From: Clostridia bacterium
GTDB taxonomy: Bacteria; Bacillota; Clostridia; Caldicoprobacterales; Caldicoprobacteraceae
NCBI GenBank assembly: GCA_017577715.2
Contig: PKRC02000001.1
Span: forward strand, 279-64,278
Reading direction: 5' to 3'
DNA: 64,000 bases
The position numbers and the translations under genes were made by a program. Below, in pieces: positions 1 to 9,175 of this stretch. Numbering within the stretch: position 1 is the first letter of the stretch; each line of letters begins with the position of its first letter. The notes below the pieces were generated by a model. That model saw only the letters and a list, made by a program, of their open reading frames with translations. It had not been told where the DNA came from and searched no databases.

Positions 1-125
1 ACTATTTCAATGTACCACAACTTCAATTAATCAAACATCCGCCTATTAAAGTCACATATCATATATTTCCAGTATAATAATAATTTTTGGTAAAATCATG
101 AATAAATTTTGAACTATTTGTGAAC

Positions 126-153
126 AAAAAAAACGGGTTTTGTTAAAACCCGT
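126..153 (-). terminator. Intrinsic terminator after GH1 gene
   Basis: Hairpin aacgggtttt/aaaacccgtt preceded by an A-run on + (U-tract on -); overlaps the GH1 stop. Confidence 0.7.
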
Positions 154-1492
154 TATCTGCAATTACATCGCGATACCACAATGCGCTCTTTTTAGGAGTC
201 CTCTTCAAGGTCTCATAATCTACGTACATGATGCCAAACCGCTTGCTATAGCCATAAGCCCATTCAAAGTTGTCCATGAAAGACCAGACATAGTAGCCTT
301 TGAGGTTTACCCCGTCCTGTATGGCTCTGTGGGCCGCTTCAAAATGGCTTTTCAGATACTCCAACCTGTCCTGATCATCCACCATGCCATCCACTATCTT
401 ATCATCCTTAAACGCAGCGCCGTTTTCGGTTATATAGATATTGGGGGCATTGTAGTCCTTGTGCACCCTCATGAGGAGATCATACAACCCTTGGGGATAG
501 ATTTCCCATCCCATCTCAGTATATTTGCCCTCGGGATGTACATGCTTTACCGAATCATACCCATCTTTTTCTCCCTTTTTAACCACAGCTCTAGTATAGT
601 AATTTATCCCGAGAAAATCGATGGGGTTATCCTTAATGAGCTCCATATCTCCAGGGCGTATCGCGGGCGCACCGTATCTTTCCTGATAAAATGCCAGCAT
701 ATCCTCCGGATATGTACCTTTGAAAACCGGATCCAAAAACCATCTATTTTGAAATCCATCCTGGAACTGCGCTGCTTCCCTATCCTCAGGAGCGTCAGAA
801 GCAGGATAAACGGGCGTTAAATTCAAGGTAATCCCTATCTGGCCACCACGGTCATTGCCCGACTGGCGATAGGCCTGCACCGCCTTGGCATGGGACACCA
901 GCAGATGATGGCTTATCCTCACCGCAAGGGCAAAATCCCTGTAACCGGGTGCATGCTCACCAAAGGCATTGCCCAGAAAAGCCACCACCCAGGGTTCGTT
1001 GTGGGTAATCCACTTCTTTACCCGGTCTCCCAAAACGTTATACATCTTGAAGGCATACTCGGCAAAATAATCAGTTACATCCCTGTTATCCCATCCCCCT
1101 ATATCCTGAAGGGCCTGTGGCAGATCCCAGTGATAGAGAGTAGCAATTGGCTCTATACCAGCCTTCAAAAGCTCATCGACAAGCGAATTGTAAAAGTCCA
1201 AACCTTTCTGGTTTACCTGCCCCTTCCCCTGCGGATAAATTCTGGGCCAAGCTATGGAAAACCTATATCCCTTTAACCCTAACTCCTTCATTAGCTGTAC
1301 GTCTTGCCTATAGCGGTTGTAATGGTCACAGGCCACATCTCCGGTGTCGCCATTTAATACCTTGCCGGGCGTATGGCTAAACCTATCCCATATCGATTCT
1401 CCGCGCCCATCCTGGTTTACCGCCCCTTCCACTTGATAAGAGGCGGTGGCAGCACCCCATATAAAGCCTTCTGGAAAAGTTATCTTTGCCAT
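143..1492 (-). CDS. bglA: GH1 beta-glucosidase
   Basis: FPEGFIWGAATASYQVEG start, THNEP acid/base and ITENG nucleophile motifs, WSFMDNFEWAYG; GGGGGA RBS before ATG 1492. Confidence 0.95.
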   Translation of the reverse strand: MAKITFPEGFIWGAATASYQVEGAVNQDGRGESIWDRFSHTPGKVLNGDTGDVACDHYNRYRQDVQLMKELGLKGYRFSIAWPRIYPQGKGQVNQKGLDFYNSLVDELLKAGIEPIATLYHWDLPQALQDIGGWDNRDVTDYFAEYAFKMYNVLGDRVKKWITHNEPWVVAFLGNAFGEHAPGYRDFALAVRISHHLLVSHAKAVQAYRQSGNDRGGQIGITLNLTPVYPASDAPEDREAAQFQDGFQNRWFLDPVFKGTYPEDMLAFYQERYGAPAIRPGDMELIKDNPIDFLGINYYTRAVVKKGEKDGYDSVKHVHPEGKYTEMGWEIYPQGLYDLLMRVHKDYNAPNIYITENGAAFKDDKIVDGMVDDQDRLEYLKSHFEAAHRAIQDGVNLKGYYVWSFMDNFEWAYGYSKRFGIMYVDYETLKRTPKKSALWYRDVIADNGF

Positions 1493-1575
1493 CACCAATG
1501 TCCCCCCTAGGCTTGCTTGTTTTTATACACGTACCTATATTCTAACACAAATTGTCACTTTCTTAAATGACCATT

Positions 1576-3378
1576 CTACATGCTCTTTTTATGATTTCTT
1601 TCAGCAACCAAAAGCTGAAGGGCTGCTGGACGAACAAATATCCTTAACAACCTGGACGACATAAGGTTAAACCTTTTAGCCAGATCCAACCAATGGTCAA
1701 TGGCACCAAAATTGCCTTTTCCAAGAATGGCCAAATCGCCTTTTAACGTTCCTCCTTCAGAATAAGCCTTCTTTAACCCATCGATGACCTGTCGGCCTAT
1801 CCCCATACTGAAAGCATATGCAAAAAATCTCTCCCAATCAGCGGGTGGCAGGCTATGAGCCTTATGACTCAGCTGCTTCAATGTTTTTTTAAATCCCATC
1901 CAGCTCCTATAGTGCTGCTTCCCAAAAGGCGTTCTTATATAAATCTTAAAAGGAGTAACCCTTTTATTAAATCCCCAGCGTATAGCCTGCCTTAAAACTA
2001 ACTCCTTCCATATTGCAAACCGGTTACAGAATTCCCTTTCAAACCCTCTAGTGCAAGCCGTCTGTAATATTGCCTTGGTTGAGACTTTTTTCCCATCACC
2101 TATATCCTTAAAAAACCAGTTGACCAGATACTCTTCATGAGGCTTCAAATTGGTATGATCAAAATCCCTTAAGGTGAGGACATAAGCCTTGCCTCCTGAT
2201 ACTTTCACGTCCAAATACCTTCTCACGGCCAGATCCAACAGCGTCGCCACCATATCTCCTGGCCTGATTCTTTTGCCGTGTAGCAACGCGCTGAGCTCAG
2301 CCGGTGTATAATAATCAGCCGGCAAATCGACAGCAGGCATCTCCCTCTGAGTCTCATCCTTTGGTTCTTCAGATGCCCCAATGCCTTGTGCCGTTATAGC
2401 TTGGCCTGCCGGTGTATCGGGCACGCGCCGTTTGATCTCAGAGAAAATGCTGCTCAGCTTTAATCTGCCACTGCTCACCCATATGCCAACGCACACCCCT
2501 ATGCCGATAATCCCTACCGTCATCCCTACTATAGCGGCCAAGCGCAACTTTTGTTCACGCTCTTCCTGGCGCCTTAAAAGCTCCATCTCTTCGGCCTTCA
2601 GGCGTTGCTCTTCCAGAACTCTCTCCAACCCATCGTTATCGATGACCTTCCTACCCCGGGATACGCCTTCTTTTGGGAACGCCACAGTGACTTCAATAAA
2701 CTCCTTTGAGTCCAACTTTTTTGCCATAATGACAGCTGTGCCATCTTCTAAAACCTCACAGCTACCTTCTAAAGCTCCGTACACGAAAGCTTTAACGTTA
2801 TCGGGCTTTGTCCCTTGAGGCAATGCAATGCGCATGTCCACATTTCGCACATCTAGGCCATACCCATTTAAAATGGGGTTCCAGTAAAGCACCGCCACAT
2901 CGCGATACAAATATACTAGGTCGTTGAGCCGGTATCTTAAAACAACCGTGTGCTGGCCATCGCCAGTTGGAAGATATATGCAGACATCTTGGATTTCCTC
3001 CGGCCTGGCCCCCGGCCTGGTGGTATAAACTTCGCTCATATTCTGGTCAGGATCATCTACAAATTCATAGGGTTTAAGATCATATTGGCTTTCGGATTGA
3101 TCGCTATCTTCTGTAGCGGCAGGTATCACCGCAAAAACCTCTAACTTCTCCATCCTAGAAGAATGAGCAATGTCGACATATCGTACCACAGGGCCTTCAT
3201 GGGTGCGCGACAGGTCGTAAGTTATATGTTCCTCTACATCTATCGAACCATCCGGGTTTATCACTGCTGAAATGCGCCATTCTCGAACAGAATATTTAGG
3301 CGATGTATCAGCATATACTGTAAATGTTACGAGAACATAAAATAACAGCAGCGTTAGCACAAATGAAAACCTTTTCAC
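1576..3378 (-). CDS. DUF2207-family membrane protein with N-terminal signal peptide
   Basis: INPDGSIDVEEHITY N-terminal motif, central TM helix, TPAELSAL..ATLLDLA..RYL and WERFFAYAFSMG motifs; GTG 3378 follows a G-rich RBS. Confidence 0.75.
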   Translation of the reverse strand: MKRFSFVLTLLLFYVLVTFTVYADTSPKYSVREWRISAVINPDGSIDVEEHITYDLSRTHEGPVVRYVDIAHSSRMEKLEVFAVIPAATEDSDQSESQYDLKPYEFVDDPDQNMSEVYTTRPGARPEEIQDVCIYLPTGDGQHTVVLRYRLNDLVYLYRDVAVLYWNPILNGYGLDVRNVDMRIALPQGTKPDNVKAFVYGALEGSCEVLEDGTAVIMAKKLDSKEFIEVTVAFPKEGVSRGRKVIDNDGLERVLEEQRLKAEEMELLRRQEEREQKLRLAAIVGMTVGIIGIGVCVGIWVSSGRLKLSSIFSEIKRRVPDTPAGQAITAQGIGASEEPKDETQREMPAVDLPADYYTPAELSALLHGKRIRPGDMVATLLDLAVRRYLDVKVSGGKAYVLTLRDFDHTNLKPHEEYLVNWFFKDIGDGKKVSTKAILQTACTRGFEREFCNRFAIWKELVLRQAIRWGFNKRVTPFKIYIRTPFGKQHYRSWMGFKKTLKQLSHKAHSLPPADWERFFAYAFSMGIGRQVIDGLKKAYSEGGTLKGDLAILGKGNFGAIDHWLDLAKRFNLMSSRLLRIFVRPAALQLLVAERNHKKSM

Positions 3379-3522
3379 TATATACAACCCCCCGTCCGTC
3401 TTTATTGTAACACGAATACCAAGAGGATTTCCACCTATAAAGAGCTTAAAAATTTTTCCTATGAACATGGGGCATATGGTAAAATAAAGCCAGAGTTTAG
3501 GGAGAAACAGGGGGTTACCCAG

Positions 3523-5709
3523 GTGAAAAAGATACGATTTCACCATATATGGATGTCAATCATTCTCGTCATCGCCGCCTTACTAGCAATGTATGCGCTG
3601 TATCCATCCCCTCCCGAAAGGGCAGTCAAGCAATTCCTCGATTATCTATTGACAGGCGATAAGAGGTTTTATGGTTTTCTGGAGAAGCACATAGACAAAA
3701 CCCATCCCTTTTTAAAGCTAGCCTTGGAGCAAGCTCCCTTTAAAGATTTTAAAATAGTAGAGTCAAAATCCACGGCAAAAGGCGTTAATCGAGTAATGGC
3801 TTTGCTGAATCTAGAACAAGGGTACATAATGGTTCCATTTGCAGTGGCCCAAACCAACGGCAAATGGTATATACAGGACCTGCCCAGCGTAATCCATTTT
3901 TCAGACGCAATACCGGTAATCGAAAACGGATCAAACAGGCGTTCAACGGAGGTACTGCTACATATAGCCGAAGACCGCCTCCTGTGCACCAATCCTTTGC
4001 CTTCCAATAGGGTTCAAAATTTAACGCCTTCCGAGATAATATTGGTGGAAAACCAGATCGTGTATATAAATCCCCTCAAACCCGTAAAGCTTTCAAAGAT
4101 CATGGCAGCGTCCCGCCTGGGTCGTTATATCGAAGACTCCTCCCTGGGCAGGATACCAACTGTAGGCGATATCCCTGTGTATTCCATTGAGGGCAATTCC
4201 ATCTCCTATCAGGGCATATTGTCGGGCCTCATAGGCTATACCGATTCAACGCTGTTTTGCGATGACGATGGCGTGGGACGGACGGTTATCGTCCAGGATC
4301 AGGTTATACCCAGGGACGGAATACGGGTACTCATAAGAAACAAAGAGGACAATGGCGTATTCCATAAGCAGGTAAGCATCACCTGCAATACAGGTTTTAC
4401 CGCTGAAACGCTGATACAGCCCATCTCCCATACCTTCAAAGCGGGCGAGGTTATAACCTTGAAGCCCGATGCCGAGGGAATGGCCCTGTATTTAAACGGC
4501 CAAAAACTTGCTTCCACGCCAAATAGGTGGTATATACGCCCTTTGGAGGGCGGAAGGCTCAGCATCCTGAATAACGGTGGAAGTTCCCCTAAAAAATTAA
4601 GTTTACCCTATCGAGGAACCTTAGAGATCGCTTTAGGCGATGACCATAACGATGGCCTTATCGTAGTAAACGAGTTGAGCCTGGAGGAATACCTGTACAC
4701 CGTGGTTCCCAGTGAAATGCCCATAAAATTTGGCCTGGAAGCGTTGAAGGTGCAGGCCATAGCCTCCAGGTCTTATGCCATACGATGCTTCAAATCCGAG
4801 GGCTATGCAGCCTTTGGTGCCCACGTGGATGACAGCACGGCCAGCCAGGTGTATAACTCCATAGCGGAACAGCCCATAGCCATACAGGCAGTAGATGAAA
4901 CCCGCGGACTGGTAGGTTTTTTCGGCGACCAAGTGGTTGATGCCCGCTTCTTCTCAACGTCCTGTGGATACACCGCCAACTTTCATGAAGTGTGGGATGA
5001 TAAGAACGACCGATTCCCCTCACAGGAAGTGCCCTATTTGACAGCTAAGCCACAGTTTCCCAGCAACGTCCCCAACCTTCACAATGAAGAAAATTTCAGG
5101 GCATTTATAGACCAGAAGAATTTGGATGGCTATGACCGCTTCTCGCCTTTTTTCCGTTGGAGCGTCACCATGAAGCGTCAAGAGCTAGAAGCCAGCATTC
5201 AGCACAACCTGCCGCTGGTACAGCGCTCTGAGCCCGCCTTTGTCCTCACGAGGCAGGGTGAAAGCGAATTCACGCAGCAGGAAATACCTCAGGATATTGG
5301 GGAACTGCAGAACCTCGTGGTAACCCGGCGTGGCCAAGGTGGAAACATGATGGAGCTTGAGATAACCACCACCCGTGGAGTATTTAAAGTCATAAAGGAG
5401 TACAATATACGAAGGGTGCTTCAGCCGGTCAACTACCTCGATTCAACTCGGCCGATAAAGCTATATTGCCATGATGGATTGATAAGGGATAACTTCCCCA
5501 TATTGCCCAGCGCCTTCGCCTACATAGACATAAAAAGAAATTCCGAAGGAATAATTGAGGAGGTAACCATAACGGGTGGGGGGTATGGCCACGGCGTCGG
5601 CATGAGCCAATATGGCGCCTACGGTATGTCCCTTATGGGTTATTCCTTCGAACAGATTTTCCAGCACTTCTATCCCGGTTGCCAGCTAAAGAACATATAC
5701 GAGGATTGA
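3523..5709 (+). CDS. SpoIID/LytB-domain protein (lytic transglycosylase-like) with N-terminal TM and long extra region
   Basis: VNELSLEEYLYTVVPSEMP, EALKVQAIASRSYA, DSTASQVY, GYGHGVGMSQYGA, HFYPG motifs. Confidence 0.88.
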   Translation: MKKIRFHHIWMSIILVIAALLAMYALYPSPPERAVKQFLDYLLTGDKRFYGFLEKHIDKTHPFLKLALEQAPFKDFKIVESKSTAKGVNRVMALLNLEQGYIMVPFAVAQTNGKWYIQDLPSVIHFSDAIPVIENGSNRRSTEVLLHIAEDRLLCTNPLPSNRVQNLTPSEIILVENQIVYINPLKPVKLSKIMAASRLGRYIEDSSLGRIPTVGDIPVYSIEGNSISYQGILSGLIGYTDSTLFCDDDGVGRTVIVQDQVIPRDGIRVLIRNKEDNGVFHKQVSITCNTGFTAETLIQPISHTFKAGEVITLKPDAEGMALYLNGQKLASTPNRWYIRPLEGGRLSILNNGGSSPKKLSLPYRGTLEIALGDDHNDGLIVVNELSLEEYLYTVVPSEMPIKFGLEALKVQAIASRSYAIRCFKSEGYAAFGAHVDDSTASQVYNSIAEQPIAIQAVDETRGLVGFFGDQVVDARFFSTSCGYTANFHEVWDDKNDRFPSQEVPYLTAKPQFPSNVPNLHNEENFRAFIDQKNLDGYDRFSPFFRWSVTMKRQELEASIQHNLPLVQRSEPAFVLTRQGESEFTQQEIPQDIGELQNLVVTRRGQGGNMMELEITTTRGVFKVIKEYNIRRVLQPVNYLDSTRPIKLYCHDGLIRDNFPILPSAFAYIDIKRNSEGIIEEVTITGGGYGHGVGMSQYGAYGMSLMGYSFEQIFQHFYPGCQLKNIYED

Positions 5710-5865
5710 TTTTATCATCGACAATCCAAATGTGTACGGTACTTACGGCATTGACTAATGGCATCGGGTATATCATAATTTTTAAGTAGAGCTGATATGG
5801 TGTCAGCTCTGCAAGTCATGTTGTTAAAAATAAAAATGCGATACGCAGAAGGTATTGGTCTAGAT

Positions 5866-7230
5866 ATGAAAGCCAATATCAACATATCCATCCCAAAGGA
5901 TGTAGAGATAATATTGAATCGAATAATGGAAGAGGGTGGACAGGCATACGTCGTGGGCGGCGCTGTTCGCGACGCAATCTTGGGTAGGCCGGTAAACGAC
6001 TGGGACGTGGCCACATCCCTTCATCCCGATGACATCGAGAGGATATTCTCGTTTGCCCGCACCATCCCCACCGGCAAAAGATATGGCACCATAACGGTGA
6101 TTATAAAGGATATGCCCGTTGAGGTTACCACATTCAGGGGTGAGGGACAGTACAGCGACTTTCGCCATCCGACCCAAATAGCCTTTTTGTCAGATATAAT
6201 CGAAGACCTGTCAAGGCGCGACTTCACCATAAACGCCATGGCATACAATCCCTATCTGTCCGAGCCCCTGATAGACCCTTTCGACGGGCTTGGGGATCTG
6301 TCCCAAAAACTTATAAGGACGGTGGGCCAAGCAGAACGCCGTTTTGCGGAAGACCCCTTACGCATAATGCGGGGCATCAGGTTTTGCGCCCAGCTAGGCT
6401 TTAAGATGGAGGAGAACACCTTCAAAGCAGCCCAGGCCCATCATCATTTGCTCTCCAGGATATCCCCCGAGAGGATTCGCGATGAACTTAACAGGATAAT
6501 GATTGTTCCCGACCCATTTGAGCCTCTCATGCTGCTTTACGAGGCCGGCATCTTTGAAGTGATACTTCCGGAGGAGCTCAGCCAACAATTGACTCATGCC
6601 AGTCAGCTAGCATTCAAAGCAATAATGCTGTGCAATGCCCATGGCGTACTTCGCCTTGCAGCGCTATACTGTTGCGCCTTGGCCCACCAGGGTACCAGGG
6701 CAGGTGGCGATGCTACTAATAGCCAAACCCTCGAGCTGTCAGATAAAATCAAGCTGGTGGAGCAGTCCCTAAGGCAGTTGCGGTACGACAACAAGACGAT
6801 ACGCCGGGTGACACAGTTGGTATCCCATTTCCCAATGCAATTTAGCAGCGACAAGGATCAAGCCGCCTATCAGATAAGAAAGTTATTGGGCCATCTTGGC
6901 GTAGAAGATACCTTCCACCTTCTGGAACTCAAGCGCGCATACCTTTTAGCTGCAGGACAAAAAGAACAATCAGAAAGGATAGCGGCGCTCACATCAATGG
7001 CCCATGAGATTTTGGCAAGGGGCGACGCCTTGACTCTTTCTCAGCTGGCCATCAACGGACACGACGTAATGGCAGCGGGCATCGGAATCGATGATCCACG
7101 GGACATCGGCAAGGCTTTGAAGCAGGCCTACGAATGGGTGCTAAGGAAGCCAGAGTGGAACGACAAAATGCTCCTCTTATCCAAACTCAAAGAGCTGTAC
7201 AAAGGAAATGACGATGAACAAAAAAAATGA
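5866..7230 (+). CDS. cca: CCA tRNA nucleotidyltransferase (class II)
   Basis: VGGAVRD, DWDVAT, EVTTFR, DLSRRDFTINAMA, EDPLRIMRGIRF; HD motif degenerate (LRLAALYCC). Exact start uncertain (5836 or 5866). Confidence 0.88.
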   Translation: MKANINISIPKDVEIILNRIMEEGGQAYVVGGAVRDAILGRPVNDWDVATSLHPDDIERIFSFARTIPTGKRYGTITVIIKDMPVEVTTFRGEGQYSDFRHPTQIAFLSDIIEDLSRRDFTINAMAYNPYLSEPLIDPFDGLGDLSQKLIRTVGQAERRFAEDPLRIMRGIRFCAQLGFKMEENTFKAAQAHHHLLSRISPERIRDELNRIMIVPDPFEPLMLLYEAGIFEVILPEELSQQLTHASQLAFKAIMLCNAHGVLRLAALYCCALAHQGTRAGGDATNSQTLELSDKIKLVEQSLRQLRYDNKTIRRVTQLVSHFPMQFSSDKDQAAYQIRKLLGHLGVEDTFHLLELKRAYLLAAGQKEQSERIAALTSMAHEILARGDALTLSQLAINGHDVMAAGIGIDDPRDIGKALKQAYEWVLRKPEWNDKMLLLSKLKELYKGNDDEQKK

Positions 7231-7257
7231 GCAGCTCATCAAGCTGCTTTATTTTTT
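7222..7257. terminator. Bidirectional terminator between cca and the YkvI-like gene
   Basis: gcagct-catca-agctgc hairpin flanked by A and T runs between convergent genes. Confidence 0.7.
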
Positions 7258-8316
7258 GACCAAAAAGAACATCATGCAGATCACAAAAACTCCTATTATT
7301 CCCAATATCGGATAGACAAAGGCTACCATGCGCGAAAAACCTATAAAGGACAGTGCCATGCAAGCTACAGTTGTGATAAGCAGCGCAGCATGTACAGGCA
7401 ATTTAAAAATGTCATTTATGGCGCATACAACAGAAAATACGTTGGCCACAAAGGTGGTAATGATAGCCCCCCACATTACCACCACAAAGGCCCCATCAAA
7501 AAAAGGGCCTATTCGACGTGCTATATACAGCACAGGAACTTCAAACTCGTAAATCTCAGGCACGTATCGCATCAAAGAATAGTTGCTCATGAGCAGCATT
7601 GCGCCCAATATGAAGCCTCCCAAAGCCCCTCCAACCTTCAAAGCCCACGGATCATCCACCTCAGAGCCGGCAGATACCAAAACTCCCAAAGCCAGCACAA
7701 TATTGAAAGAAGCATACGATACGGCGGCTTTGACCACATCAAAGGCCGTTACATCAAATGTCAGTATGAGCTCATACGCATGATCATCCATACACAGGCT
7801 ATATACAAACACAAAAAGGTTAAAGATCAGTATAAGTGGGATAATCCAAGCATTGATGGCGAATACGCCTTTTAGTCCAAAGGCTACGAATGTCCATGCC
7901 ACAACGGCCGTTACAGCTATTCCTATATAAAATGGAAGGCGTATGTATTCTTCAAACAATGCGCCGGCCCCGGCTAGCATGGCAGCAGCTACCATCATTA
8001 TGGCCAGCAACATATATGCGTTGACCAAAGGAGATAACCTGCCGAAAACCACCTTTACGGCGTCCCGAAAAGACCTGGACCTCGTTTCAAAACCTATCTT
8101 TAAAACGCCTATCCCTACCCATACAAACAAAAAAGCAGCCAGCAAGATGGAAAATGTGGAATACTTTCCATATATAGTAAAAAACTGCAATATTTCCTGG
8201 CCAGATGCAAAACCGGCTCCTATCACAGTACCCACGTATGTGAGGGCAATCTTTACGCCCAAAGTGACACGGCTGTATCTGCTCAATGCCCAACTCCACC
8301 TTCCAAACATTCGCAC
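7249..8316 (-). CDS. YkvI-family multi-pass membrane protein
   Basis: YVGTVIGAGFASGQEILQFF signature; about 10 hydrophobic segments; YPILGIIG C-terminus. Confidence 0.85.
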   Translation of the reverse strand: MRMFGRWSWALSRYSRVTLGVKIALTYVGTVIGAGFASGQEILQFFTIYGKYSTFSILLAAFLFVWVGIGVLKIGFETRSRSFRDAVKVVFGRLSPLVNAYMLLAIMMVAAAMLAGAGALFEEYIRLPFYIGIAVTAVVAWTFVAFGLKGVFAINAWIIPLILIFNLFVFVYSLCMDDHAYELILTFDVTAFDVVKAAVSYASFNIVLALGVLVSAGSEVDDPWALKVGGALGGFILGAMLLMSNYSLMRYVPEIYEFEVPVLYIARRIGPFFDGAFVVVMWGAIITTFVANVFSVVCAINDIFKLPVHAALLITTVACMALSFIGFSRMVAFVYPILGIIGVFVICMMFFLVKK

Positions 8317-8379
8317 AACAAATTACCTCTATAAGTTATGAATATTCGGAAGGTGAAGCTGTCATGCCTTATTTTGGGA

Positions 8380-8574
8380 TTATACGCCTTCAGACTCTTT
8401 AAGTAAATGCTCCAGCGTCTCAAAGGGATTAAAGTACACCTCAAGCTTGAGCACATCGCCAACACGACATTGAGGTGGCAAGTATTTCAACGGTATGACA
8501 ACCTCTTCCCCGTCCTGAAATGCCACCACCGCTTGCTGGCCCTCAATGCGTTTTATCGCTACATCCCACTGCAC
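8380..8574 (-). CDS. DUF3006-family small protein
   Basis: AIKRIEGQQAVV...IPLKYLP...VGDVL pattern; GGGAGG RBS before GTG 8574. Confidence 0.7.
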   Translation of the reverse strand: MQWDVAIKRIEGQQAVVAFQDGEEVVIPLKYLPPQCRVGDVLKLEVYFNPFETLEHLLKESEGV

Positions 8575-8746
8575 ATCAATTCCTCCCCACCAATTCATGA
8601 TACCATTTTGCACCCCATTTTTAAAGGGTAAAACTCCTCAAAATTCACAGGATATTTACATTTTGTTCATACTTAGTTCACACTTTCTTTCTATAATACC
8701 CTATGCGTTGGCCAACGATACATAAATATCTCGAAGGGAGGGACAC

Positions 8747-9082
8747 ATGTTGAAAAGGTGGGCAGCAATCTTACTAACGGTCCTATTCTTGGTCACAGCA
8801 GTAGCATTTACAGGCTGCCAGAGCACATCCACAGAGTCGCAGGAGGGTACCGGCGAAGAGACTACAACCACTGAAGAAAACATTGATGAAACAAGCGACG
8901 AAGCAACTGAAGAAACAGAAAACGTTGATGAAACAAGCAACGAAGCAACTGAAGAAACAGACACCGAAGAAGACGAATCTTCTAACAGCGAAGAAACTGA
9001 CGAAGAGACAGAAAAAACCGACCTCGAATCCTCCAGCGACAGCGAAACAACCGAAACCACTGATGAAAATGCACAAGATTAA
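8747..9082 (+). CDS. Small, very acidic low-complexity lipoprotein
   Basis: GGGAGG RBS, MLKRW plus hydrophobic core plus AFTG-C lipobox; mature part rich in E/T/S/D. Confidence 0.8.
   Translation: MLKRWAAILLTVLFLVTAVAFTGCQSTSTESQEGTGEETTTTEENIDETSDEATEETENVDETSNEATEETDTEEDESSNSEETDEETEKTDLESSSDSETTETTDENAQD
8876..8959 (+). repeat. Two tandem 42-bp (14-aa) repeats in the lipoprotein
   Basis: ENIDETSDEATEET / ENVDETSNEATEET, nearly identical at DNA level. Confidence 0.9.
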
Positions 9083-9139
9083 CGCTCTATAGCCACACCA
9101 ACTGACGTACCCCTTCACAGTGTTTTGTTTATATATACG

Positions 9140-9175
9140 AAAAGGCTGCTGAAATGATTCTCAGCAGCCTTTTTT
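9140..9175. terminator. Bidirectional terminator
   Basis: aaaaggctgctga-aatgattc-tcagcagcctttt between convergent genes. Confidence 0.85.

Noticed and set aside
140-820. 226-aa plus-strand ORF, and similar antisense ORFs at 9807-10463, 14181-14828, 15087-15797, 22125-22853, 33794-34633 and 34359-35144
   Set aside because: Each lies opposite a well-supported gene and has no recognisable motifs; codon-bias shadows explain them.
8876-8959. 42-bp repeats as a CRISPR array
   Set aside because: There are two contiguous in-frame coding units with no spacers and no cas genes.
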